Positions 1-10,373 of a stretch of 64,000 nt of DNA are shown one piece after another. Under the pieces are notes generated by a model. That model was not told the DNA's origin. It worked only from the letters and a program-made list of their open reading frames with translations, and made no database searches. Origin of the DNA: Octopus sinensis (taxonomy: Eukaryota); assembly GCF_006345805.1 (NCBI RefSeq), contig NC_043020.1, positions 14,694,001 through 14,758,000 of the forward strand, given 5' to 3'. The translations under genes and the position numbers were made by a program. The first letter of the stretch is position 1; each line of letters starts with the position of its first letter.

Positions 1-126
1 TATATATATTATATATATATATATATAGTTAATCCAAACAAGAAAACACAAAAAAAACACAACAACGCGAGGACGTGGAACAAATATAGTATTATTGGAC
101 GCTCAGGAAAGAAGGAAAGAAGGAGG

Positions 127-161
127 GTTTAACGTTTCGAGCGGAGCTCTTCGTCGGAAAC
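127..161 (-). ncRNA. Minimal type I hammerhead-like motif (U4C core variant) in a Penelope-like terminus (about 28-230)
   Basis: Minus strand reads GTTT-CCGACGA-A-GAGC(TCC)GCTC-GAAA-C-GTT/AAAC. Stem I is GTTT/AAAC, stem II is GAGC/GCTC, stem III is the loopless palindrome ACGT, and the predicted cleavage triplet is GUU. Confidence 0.55.
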
Positions 162-290
162 ACAGGAGAAGGAAAGATCAAGAGAAGGGAAGACAGAGGA
201 AAAAAAAAATGACACATATATATATAGACACACACACACACACACGTATATATCTGTAAATATAACATGTGACAATTATTTAGTAGCCAT

Positions 291-351
291 GATCAGACTC
301 TGAGTTTTGGATGTCGGGGTGGAAATCCATGCCGGCATCTCTTCAGTTATC
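291..351 (-). ncRNA. Hammerhead motif with G12A mutation (probably inactive)
   Basis: Minus strand reads GATAA-CTGAAGA-GATG...CATCC-AAAA-CTCAGA-GTC/TGATC. GAAA has become AAAA at a CpG. Confidence 0.55.
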
Positions 352-368
352 AGGCCATCGAAAAAAAT

Positions 369-429
369 GATAACTGAAGAGATGCTGGTGTGGGTTTCCA
401 CCCCGACATCCGAAACTCGGAGTTTTATC
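369..429 (+). ncRNA. Type I hammerhead ribozyme motif, intact core
   Basis: GATAA-CTGAAGA-GATG..CATC(C)-GAAA-CTCGGA-GTT/TTATC. Stem I is 5 bp, stem II is extended, stem III is the near-palindrome ACTCGGAGT, and the cleavage triplet is GUU. Confidence 0.7.
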
Positions 430-799
430 TTGGCTACCAAATAATTGTCACATATTATATTTACAGATAAATTCCTCTAATTACATAATATCCAGGTCTC
501 TTTCATTCTTTTGTTGTCTTACCATTTCTATCAATACATTAAAAAAATATATATATATACTTGTGTATATACACATGAATTGGAATTTTCTCTGATTCTT
601 CAGATTTTTATATGCTAGGCTACTGGTTTTAAATTGATATTAATTAAATTAATATTCAATTTATCTCCCTCATTATTTAAATGTTACATATATATATATA
701 TAACGGGAAGCTTTATGAAAATAAACAAAAGACGAAGGCAGGTGGAATATAAACAAACAATTGTATTAGTATGGCGCTCAGGAATATAAATAAAACAAG

Positions 800-837
800 T
801 CTTTTACGTTTCGAGCCTACGCTCTTCAACAGAAAGA
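800..837 (-). ncRNA. Minimal hammerhead-like motif (A6U core variant) in a Penelope-like terminus (about 701-900)
   Basis: Minus strand reads TCTTT-CTGTTGA-A-GAGC(GTAG)GCTC-GAAA-C-GTA/AAAGA, with a 5-bp stem I, palindromic ACGT stem III and GUA site. Family copies lie at 34140-34177 and 18914-18934. Confidence 0.6.
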
Positions 838-1044
838 TACACAGAAAAGAAACACGGAGAGAAAAAAAATGCGTGCAGAAGCTAGCGAATCAACATGGTG
901 TGTGTGTGTGTGTGTGTATATAACAGCTGACAGTGGAAATTGGCACAGTCCTCAAGCTAAACAGCTTCTGTCAAACCATCCAACCGATACTAGTGTAGAA
1001 GACAGGTGTTAAATGATGATGATGATAATGATGATGATGATATA

Positions 1045-1152
1045 TACAGTAATACCTCATTTTACGAAGACCACTTTATGAGACACTGGGTTTATGAGTT
1101 TTTACAAATTTTATTTTGTTTATGAGTTTACGCTTTATGAGCATTCTCTGTA
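1045..1152 (+). mobile_element. pogo/Tigger-like DNA transposon end fragment
   Basis: Begins TA-CAGTAATACCTCATTTTACG (Tigger-like terminus), followed by repeated TTTATGAG motifs. Confidence 0.4.
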
Positions 1153-1200
1153 TTGTGTGTATATATATATGTATATATATATATTTATTTTTTATTTTTT

Positions 1201-1569
1201 TTTACTTGTTTTGGTCATGTGACTGTGGCCATGCTGGAGCACTGCCTTTAGTCGGGCAAATCGACCCCTGGACTGATTTTTTGTAAGCCTAGTACTTATT
1301 CTATTGGTCTCTATAGCTGAACTGCTAAGTTATGGGGACATAAACACACCAGCATCGGTTGTCAAGCAATGCTAGGGGGACAAACACACACACGCATATA
1401 TATATATACATATATACGACGGGCTTCTTTCAGTTTCCGTCTAACAAATCCACTCACAAGGCTTTGGTCGGCCTGAGGCTATAATAGAAGACACTTGCCC
1501 AAGGTGCCACGCAGTGGGACTGAACCCGGAATCATGTGGTTGGTAAACAAGTTACTTACCACACAGCCA
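1201..1569 (-). mobile_element. tRNA-derived SINE family 1 (Octopus-type), copy
   Basis: On the minus strand: A-box-like TGGCTGTGTGG, B-box-like GGTTCAGTCCC, internal (CA/TA)n and an AAGTAAAAGAG-type tail. About 20 copies in the window. Confidence 0.85.
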
Positions 1570-1579
1570 TATAATAATG

Positions 1580-1826
1580 TTCCTTCTCGAGTCATGCCAG
1601 GCTTATAAGGGCCGGTTTCCCAGTTTCAGTGGCGTAGAAATTCCCCACCTGGACGGGACACTGGCCCATTGCAAGATTACCCATTTTTGCCAGCTGAATG
1701 GACTGGAGCAACGTGAAATGAAGTGTTTTGCTCAAGAACACAACGCATCACCCGGTAGAGAAATCGAAACCACAACCTTACGATCATGAGTTCAACACCC
1801 TAACCACTAAGCCACGTACCTCCACA
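1580..1826 (-). mobile_element. tRNA(Arg)-like SINE family 3 with CORE-like body
   Basis: Minus-strand head GTGGAGGTACGTGGCTTAGTGGTTAGGG...GGTTTCGAT, then TGTGTTCTTGAGCAAAACACTT. Related copies lie at 7012-7530, 18410-18660, 31640-31785 and 48965-49255. Confidence 0.75.
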
Positions 1827-1844
1827 TATATATATATATATATG

Positions 1845-2070
1845 TGGATACCGGTGTCATGTAAAAAGTACTTGTGCTGGTGCCATGTAAAAGCACCCAG
1901 TACACTCTGTAAAGTGGTTGGTGTTAGGAAGGGCATCCAGCTGTAGAAACCATGCCAAAAAAGACATGGGACCTGGGCAACTCTTCAGTTGGCCAACTCC
2001 TTTCAAACCATCTAACCCATGCCAGCATGGAAAATATACATTAAATGGTAATGATGATGATGATGATGAC
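1845..2070 (+). mobile_element. RTE LINE 3' UTR fragment with (GAT)n tail
   Basis: Contains the GGTGTTAGGAAGGGCATCCAGCTGTAGAAAC motif and tail; the same 3' end is attached to the RT-bearing copy at 19590-21423. Confidence 0.75.
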
Positions 2071-2307
2071 ACACACACAGAGTCCTATTAAATAAAAATT
2101 CTTAGAATGAGAGCAGATACAGAAATTGCCCAAATCAAAGCATGCAGTTATCAAGAGGAATTTCGCTTTACTTATTCTTTCTTTCTTTATCCTTAATTTA
2201 TATTATGACCTCTCCTTACTTCCCACTACTCTAAGCCTGCTATAATAAAATATCACCTACACCCCAATATAATCTGAATTTTATGGTGTTAATTATACAT
2301 CATAGCC

Positions 2308-2391
2308 AGTCTTACCAATTGGTTTCGCATGAAATTATATAATGGAGTGTTAGGCAACGAACCAGTTATATAATATATGCTCGTCAGAGAT
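2308..2391 (-). ncRNA. Type I hammerhead motif with long stem II, intact core
   Basis: Minus strand reads TCT-CTGACGA-GCAT(46 nt, self-pairing)ATGC-GAAA-CCAATTGG-TA/AGA. Stem III is the palindrome ACCAATTGGT and the site is GUA. A homolog lies at 32156-32240. Confidence 0.7.
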
Positions 2392-2435
2392 AGCTGACAC
2401 GGAAGGGGAAATGGCGACTGCTCTCTCTCTCTCTC

Positions 2436-2481
<46 letters not shown>

Positions 2482-3074
2482 ATATATAATATAGGCTATT
2501 TTAAAAATATAAAAAAATAATTTTTTATAAAATTGAGCTGGGAGATGGACTAATCAATGTGTTGGTCTTGATCCAGCCTGTGGGCAATATGATTGACACT
2601 CTCGAACAAGTCACTCCACTCTACACTTTATATGTATGCTTGCAAGCAAGGAAATTTACAGGTTATTAACTGACGCTTCCAAAATTTTAGTGTTCAATTT
2701 ACATGTTACATATTTTACAAACAAGGGAGAAAAAAAAAAATCAAAATTTTCTTTGTTAATTAAACATTAATTCAATAATTAAACATTAATTAAATAGCTC
2801 TTCTGAAATGTCAAAGCTTACTGAACATCAATCGAAGCGTTCGGGTATGAAAATGCTACCTCTCGCAGTGTCTGCTTCTTAATCTTCTCAGACATCTCAT
2901 TAGGATTATCTGAAATCCTAAACATCACTCAGGCTCAATACTAACCTTAGGCTTCTTAACAAATTAACTGTAATGATCCAAGATTATATCATCAATGAGA
3001 GGAGGCAACTGAGAACGAACTATCCTCTCCCCCACCTCCCACAACAAATTTCATGCACACAGCTTAATCCTGTT

Positions 3075-3117
3075 GTCATCGCCAACATCATCGTCGTCGT
3101 CGTCGTCGTCGTCGTCG

Positions 3118-3173
<56 letters not shown>

Positions 3174-3402
3174 GTGACCACCACTGCTGCTGCTGCTGCT
3201 GTTACTACTACTGATGCTGCCACCACCTCCAACAACAGCACCCCCCCCACCACCACCACTACAACCACCACCACAGCCACAACAACCGCTGCCACCCCCC
3301 TGCCGCTGCCGCCACCACAGCAACACCAAGAACAACAACAACAGCAGCAACCACCACCACTGCTGCCGCTGCCACCACACCACAATCACCACAGCAACAA
3401 CC

Positions 3403-3434
<32 letters not shown>

Positions 3435-3514
3435 CAGCAACCATCACCACTACTGCCACCACCTCTGCCCCGCCCTAACCAGTACCGGCACCACCAGCAC
3501 CACACCACCACCAC

Positions 3515-3551
<37 letters not shown>

Positions 3552-3593
3552 ACCACCACCACCACCACCACCACCACCAGTACCAACACCACC

Positions 3594-3624
<31 letters not shown>

Positions 3625-3677
3625 GCACCACCAACGCCAACACCAGCACCGGCACCAGCACCAGCACCAGCACCAGC

Positions 3678-3708
<31 letters not shown>

Positions 3709-3757
3709 ACACCACCAACGCCAACACCACCACCACCATCACCACCACCACCACCAT
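3075..3757. repeat. Compound trinucleotide microsatellite (GTC, ATC, CTG, CAA, CCG, CCA)
   Basis: Directly visible; it explains the low-complexity ORFs at 2973-3797. Confidence 0.95.
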
Positions 3758-4358
3758 GTTGACTGATGCAGAAATCTCAGCCTGTTCTCTCACTTAGTAA
3801 TGTGGTCTGCCGCATCTTTAAGTGATGTTCAATATTTCTGCAATTGAAGAGATGTTGCTGTTTGTGTATTTGGAATGATGTATAATACCGTGGAGTTATT
3901 ATTATGTGTATAAAGTCCAGTCCTGACTGAGCAGACCCCTGATCAAAGGGGTCTGCTCAGTCCTATAATCCCCACAGCCCCTCTCTGCTATAATCATCTC
4001 TTTTTAGCCACATATCAAATTTGCCCTTCCTTTTAAAGAATATTCTAAGTTTGATCTAAAGGACATTTAGCTACTATATCTAGAATGTTCAGTAACAATA
4101 GTAGAGGCTTCTTTGCTGACTCAGTTGTATGTGGGTCTCCGTAGAAGTGGTTTGAACAGCATTGCTTTCTCATATTCAGACACACAAAAGTGCATCAATA
4201 TATCATTTCCACTTGAAGTTTTCCGTGCTGGGTTGGATATGGTCTCCAATATCTGGGAAGTTCAGTTTTCTTTGATATGAGACATATTTTTTAAAAAATT
4301 ACTTACATGCACTTCCATTATTTCTTAATTGCATCTTAATTACAAGAACCAATGGTTG

Positions 4359-4779
4359 CTCTTTACTCTTTTACTCTTCTACTTGTTTCAGCCATTTCAC
4401 TGTGACCATGCTGGAGCACTGCCTTTAGTCAAGCAAATCGACTCCAAGACTTATTCTTTGTAAGCCTAGTACTTATTCTATCGGTCTCTTTTGTCAAACT
4501 GCTAAGTTATGGGGACGTAAACACACCAGCATCGGTTGTCAAGCGATGTTGGAGGGACAAACACATACACACAAACATATACACGCACATAAATACACAC
4601 ATATGCACGCACATAAATATACATATATACGATGGGCTTCTTTCAGTTTCCGTCTACCAAATCCACTCACAAGGCTGTCATTGGTCCAAGGCTACAGTAG
4701 AAAACACTTGCCCATGGTGCCATGCAGTGGGACTGAACCTGGAACCATGTAGTTTGTAAGCAAGCCACTCCTGCGCCTG
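4359..4779 (-). mobile_element. tRNA-SINE family 1 copy
   Basis: Same head, body and tail as 1201-1569. Confidence 0.85.
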
Positions 4780-5055
4780 TATTTGTGTATTTGGAATGAT
4801 TTATAATACTGTGGAGCTATTATTATGTGTATAAAGTAACATTTTAAGTTGTTGTTGTTTAACCATTTTTGTTTTTGCAACCACCCTCTTAAGTAGTTGT
4901 CATGCCTAGTGCCCACCTAAGAGGCCAGTGAGGTATCATGACTAAACTAACTTAACATGGATGATAATCTATAAATTTTACACTAAAAAAGGAATTGTAT
5001 AAGTTGTTGTGTACCTGAATATGAGAAAACAATGCTGTTTAAACCAATTCTATGG

Positions 5056-5237
5056 AGGTGTAGGAGTGGCTGTGTGGTAAGTAGCTTGCTTACGAACCAC
5101 ATAGTTCCGGGTTCAGTCCCACTGCATGGCACCTTGGGCAAGTGTCTTCTACTATAGCCTCGGGCCAACCAAAGCCTTGTGAGTGGATTTGGTAGACGGA
5201 AACTGAAAGAAGTCCGTCGTATATATGTATATATATG

Positions 5238-5304
<67 letters not shown>

Positions 5305-5490
5305 TTGTGTGTCTCTGTCCCCCCACCGATGCTGGTGTGTTTACGTCCCCATAACTTGGCGATTCGGCAAAAGAGACCGATAGAATAAGTACTAGGCTTA
5401 CAAAGTCCTGGGGTCGATTTTTTCGACTAAAGGCAGTGCTCCAGCATGGCCACAGTCAAATGACTGAAACAAGTGAAAGAGTAAAGAGAG
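5056..5490 (+). mobile_element. tRNA-SINE family 1 copy (a more diverged copy follows at 5716-6126)
   Basis: AGGAGTGGCTGTGTGGTAAG...GGGTTCAGTCCC...GACTGAAACAAGTGAAAGAG. Confidence 0.85.
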
Positions 5491-6127
5491 ACCCACATAC
5501 AACTGAGTAAGCAAAGAAGCCTCTAATATGGTTACTGAACATTCTAGATATAGCAGCTTAATCTCCTTTTAGATGAAATGATAAAAGATTAATAAAGACA
5601 AAATTTACTTTATACATTGCAAGTTAATGACTTCTCTGTGCCTGATGAGATCTCATTTTATTTTAATTACCATTATTAGTTTTATCATGAATAATATAAT
5701 TACTACTAGAGGCACAAATTTGGCTGTGTGCTAAGAAGCTTGCTTCCTAACCACATGGTTTCAAGTTCAGTTCCATTCAGTGGAATCTTGGGCAGGTGTC
5801 TTCTACTATAGCCTTGTGCTGACCAAAGCCTTGTGCATGGATTTGGTAGACAGAAACTGAAAGAAGCCTGTCATGTGTGTGTGTGTATGTGTGTGTGTGT
5901 GCGTGTGTGCGTGCGTGTTTGTCCCCCACTATTACTTGACAACCAGTGTTGGTGTATCTATGTCTCTGTAGCTTAGTGGTTTGGCAAAAGATATTGATAG
6001 AATAAGTACCAGATTTTTAAAATGAGTATTAGGGTTGATTCATTCAACAAAACATTCTTCAAGGCATTGCCCCAGCATGGCCACAGTCTAATGGCTGAAA
6101 CAAGTAAAAAATAAAAAATAAAAGATA

Positions 6128-6361
6128 GCTAAAATTCAATATGTTAATTATGTTACGCCACCACCCGCTAAAGCCTAATGCCCCATCTGACTGCCTCACA
6201 CCCCTTGGGGTCAGTACCATACATGTTGAGAACCTCTGATATAAGCTAAAATTCAATATGTTAATTATGTTACGCCACCACCCGCTAAAGCCTAATGCCC
6301 CATTTGACTGCCTCACACCCCTTGGGGGCAGTACCATACATGTTGAGAACCTCTGATATAA
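6128..6361. repeat. 117-bp tandem duplication containing a hAT-MITE-like end
   Basis: Units 6128-6244 and 6245-6361 are nearly identical. Each ends GTTGAGAACCTCTG, the reverse complement of a CAG(T/A)GGTTCTCAAC hAT-type terminus. Confidence 0.8.
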
Positions 6362-7011
6362 ACTAAATAAACAATTTGATAAAAAGTAAATGAGACAGCT
6401 TTGAAACCAATAAAGGAATGGGCCATCAATGGCAATTATGAGAGAATATTTAGATGACCATTCAATGTAAATATAGTGGTAAGGGATGGCAATAAGAGGG
6501 CAAGAGAATTGGTTCCAAGAAGAGGGGTTACAGGTAGCACAGAAGTTGGGGTAGTATATGGCAGCTCTGCCCTCATATACAGCAGCTGCAGAAATAGTGC
6601 TGCAGTTAGAGAGGTGAAGAAGGGATTAATGATGCAAAGATGAGTTGCTGGAAAGGTTTGATAAAAACATGCTTTTGCAACCTCGTTTTTTGCTGAGAGG
6701 GACAGGTCTTTCTGGGCATGGCAAATCACCATTCATTTTGATCCTTTTCTTATCCTCTCCTCGATGCTCAACAACCTGAAGTCAATCTTAGTCAATCTTC
6801 CCTACATCATCCCACACCTTCCTAGGTTTCCCTCATCCACAAGTTTCATCCACATTTAGTTATTTGCACTTCTTTATGCAGCCATCTTCACCCATCCATA
6901 TCACATGAGCATACCAGCACAGTCTTCTCTTTTGCATGCTACATCTGATTCCTCTTATGCCCAATTTTTCTCTCAACACATTTTACTTTGTCATACATGC
7001 ACACTGACATT

Positions 7012-7530
7012 TTTTGTGACCTCCTTCGGTCACAAATGACCATGGAATTGCGCCTAGAATGTCACCCTCCGAGGTACAAGTCTGGGCAAGGTTGTTCATG
7101 GAAGACCAGCAGTTGCCCATGCATACCAGCCATCCCACTCTCCACTTCACTGATGTTATCCAAGGGAAAGGCAAAGGGGCCGATACAGCTTGGCACCAGT
7201 GACGTCGCAGCTCATTTATTAACATGCAAGTGGCTGAGCACTCCACAGACACATGTACCCTTAACGTAATTCTCTGGGAGATTCAGCATGACACAGAGTG
7301 TGACAAGGCTGGCCCTTTGAAATACAGGTACAACAGAAAGAGGAAGAAAGAGTGAGAGAAAGTTGTGGTGAAAGATTACAGCAGGGTTCACCACCAACCA
7401 CTGCCGGAGCCTCATGGAGCTTTAGGTGTTTTCGCTCAATAAACACTCACAATGCTCGGTCTGGGGATCGAAACCATGATCCTATGACCGTGAGTCCGCT
7501 GCCCTAACCACTGGGCCATTGTGCCTCCAC
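7012..7530 (-). mobile_element. tRNA-SINE family 3 insertion with target-site duplication
   Basis: Flanked by ACACTGACATT at 7001-7011 and 7531-7541. Confidence 0.8.
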
Positions 7531-7967
7531 ACACTGACATTACACATCCAGCAAAAGCATGCTAGCATTGTTTCTTTCTAGCCTTCACATGTCCTGTACA
7601 TTCAAGGCTATTTTGCCACCATTTAGCACAAGTATTACACAATCTGCTTTTTCCTCTGAGGGAGAAAACCTTTGTAACCAACAGAGGTAATAGCTCTCTG
7701 AACTTCCTTCATCCTGTTCTTATTCTCTCAACTACACTTTCAGAACATCCTCCTCCTCTGCTAATTAGGTTACCCAAGTAACAGAAACTACTACCTCTAA
7801 GGATCCTCCTGGTTATTCAAGAAAATCTATTTTCAGTGCACCCTTAAAGTTCATTGCTCCTGTATATCTGCCATAAATGTCCACTTACTCTGGTAGTATT
7901 CCAGTAATTCCACTACACCACCTGTATATTCATACTTTTGCACTGGGTACACTGCATGGTATACTGC

Positions 7968-8184
7968 AGGCGTCGAGCTGGCAGAAACGTTAGCCGCATT
8001 TCTTCTGTCGTTACGTTGTGAGTTCAAATTCCGCCAAGGTCAACTTTGCCTTTCATCCTTTCGGGGTCGATTAAATAAGTATCAGTTACGCACTGGAGTC
8101 AATATAATCGACTTAATAACTATGTCTGTCCTTGTTTGTCCCCTCTGTGTTTAGCCTCTTGTGGGTAATAAAGAAATAGGTATT
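7968..8184 (+). mobile_element. tRNA-derived SINE family 2
   Basis: GAGCTGGCAGAAACGTTAGC...GAGTTCAAATTCCGCC...CTTTCATCCTTTCGGGGTCG. Copies lie at 42720-42865, 57920-58139 (10-bp TSD TTATTATGAA) and 59880-60107. Confidence 0.75.
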
Positions 8185-8382
8185 TCTACATTCACCTTTT
8201 CTACATATTGAGCAGGGCCATTTTCCTGAAGGGATTAGCATTTTTTCTGTTTTCTTGCTTATTATGACTTCGGTAATTTCTATGTCAACTATAAGGCTCT
8301 TTGTCTTCAGGTTTTACTTCCATGCCTAGAACTTCTTTCCTGTCTCTACAACAGATTCAGCTATAAAAACAAGATCATTTGC

Positions 8383-8854
8383 ATGTGAAAAGTCTGGCTG
8401 CATCCGAAAAGTCTGTGTGAAAAGTCTGGCTGCATCTGAAAAAATATATATTATGAAACAAAAATAAACACAAAATTTATTACACGAATCTGTTACCACT
8501 ATGACAGTCAACTATTTGATGCTGAATTCAGCATTCAGTGAGTTCTATTCAACACATGTTTACACGTGGGATTAGCAGAATCATTATTAACTTTGGCCGA
8601 TAAAGTTGAACTGAAAAACCCTACAACGAGGCATGAATTGCACGAAGCCGTCTTGCAGTTTTGGGAAGAGCTATCTGAGCGGAAAATTCGTGGATAGCTC
8701 TTCCCAAAACTGCAAGACGGCTTCGTGCAATTCATGCCTCGTTGTAGGGTTTTTCAGTTCAATAGAACTCACTGAATAAATCTTAATTAACTGTGTTGTC
8801 AATTGTATGCACCTGACATATGTTAACATGTATGCAGCCAGACTTTTCACACAG
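8383..8854. mobile_element. Tc1-like non-autonomous element with TIRs and an internal perfect foldback
   Basis: 23-bp TIR CTGTGTGAAAAGTCTGGCTGCAT (8413-8435 / 8832-8854) and a perfect 70-bp inverted repeat (8606-8675 / 8693-8762). The arm encodes the Tc1-like C-terminus KVELKNPTTRHELHEAVLQFWEEL. Confidence 0.65.
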
Positions 8855-9526
8855 AGGATAGTTTCCATGAACAGCCAGTGTCTTAAATTTCTCTGCTTTT
8901 GCCTAAAGGATAATGATGAATAGCAAGAGACTTAGAGCTCAGCCTAAGTGTACTCCAACCTGTACACTAAACTTATCACTTTACTCATTATCAACTGTCA
9001 CCTCACTGACAGCACCCTTGTATATGGCTTGGATAGCTTTCACAAACCATTCTTCAACTCCATAGTTTCCTCAGAGACCAACAGACCCCTAAGTGAGGGA
9101 TTCTGTCAAAGACTTTCTCTAAGTTAATGAAAACCAGGTACAACAGTTTACTTTTAACTAAATACTTCTCCTGCAGTTGTTGTACTAGAAAGAAAGCATC
9201 AGTAGTGCATTTCGCTGATACAAAACCAAACTATACCTCATTAAGTCTAATTATTTTTCTAATTAGTTGAGCTATGACCCTTTCTGTAACTTTCAAGACC
9301 TGGCCCAGCAATTTGATACCTCTGTAATTACTTCTCTCAACTGTTACTGTTATAACAGTTTACTATAATACTACTATACCAATTGTTGGGTATGATCACT
9401 CACTGTACAACCTGATTAGCTATATGTTAAGTTACTATCAGCCTGCTAAAAGTGATTGAGAACAAGGCTTGTGATTTCGGGGGAGGGGCTAAGTCGATTA
9501 TATCAACCCCATTTCTTGATTGGTAC

Positions 9527-9838
9527 TGTGGTGTTGGCAGTCGGTGTTATGGATCATGACGAGCTTGTGGCGTTGGTGGAGGGGATGACAGATGAGGTGG
9601 GCGGAAGTAGGGCTTGCAGGGGCCGGTGGAAGACTGGAGGGCACATGTGCGGGGGGAAGCGGAAGCGGTCAAGCGGGATGCACGTGTGGTCATCGACAAA
9701 GCGGGCAGTTCGAGCACAGACAAGGAAGCGACAGGACGTGTCGAATTTGTAAGAGACCCCTGATCTTCGCCGAGGTAAGACCTGTTTGTATTTCTTTCTC
9801 CTTCTCCTTCTGTTGTCCTCTTCATCCATCACACTACA
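9527..9838. mobile_element. Solo LTR (312 bp), orientation undetermined
   Basis: TG...CA ends, terminal inverted repeat TGTGGTGT/ACACTACA and 5-bp TSD GGTAC (9522-9526, 9839-9843). GC/CpG-rich and inserted in a SINE-2 copy. Confidence 0.85.
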
Positions 9839-10373
9839 GGTACTTATTTTATTGACCCCAAAAGGATGAAAAGCAAAGTTGGCCTGAGCAGCGTTTGAAC
9901 TCAGAATATAAAGATGGAGGAAGTGCCACAAAGCATTTTGCCCAGCATGATGACAATTCTGCCAGTTTGCTGCCTTACAGTCGACAATAATAACAGCAAG
10001 GACAACCACAACAACAACAGCAATTGCAGCAGCAACCATGTCACACTGAGTCAATGATAAAAATGATTATTTATAACAATAATTCTATTGTAAGAGGAGT
10101 TCCAATGTAGCTAAGTGAAAGAAGAGTTAAAGAGGAACCTTTGTACTTTCCTAGGTGCTGGAGTGACGAGGAACTTGTCTAAATATTTGAATGAGGGAAC
10201 AATAAGGGCTATTGGCTGTTGGATATTTTGGTTAACTCTAGGACAGCTGAGATACAGTAGGCTTGTGATCAAGTCTTCCAACTGTGATCATTTGCCCTTT
10301 ATTTTTATCAAATATCAAATATAATGTATCTAGGACTACATTATCTGAAGTATCCTTCTTTTTTATAAGATAA

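Larger units (their letters stand above)
251..469. repeat. Inverted repeat of about 102 bp per arm (251-352 / 368-469, 15-nt spacer): head-to-head Penelope-like termini
   Basis: The arms are reverse complements with about 11 mismatches, and each arm carries a hammerhead motif. Confidence 0.85.
6790..9250 (-). pseudogene. Old, fragmented RTE LINE ORF (RT and C-terminus) interrupted by SINEs and a Tc1-derived element
   Basis: Minus-strand remnants GFVSAKCTTDAFFLVQQLQEKY..INLEKVFDRIP, ANDLVFIAES and KFRELLPLLVTK match the younger RTE at 20313-21423. Confidence 0.75.

Noticed and set aside
2973-3797. 274-aa and overlapping ORFs
   Set aside because: Translation of compound trinucleotide repeats; no domain and no splice context.
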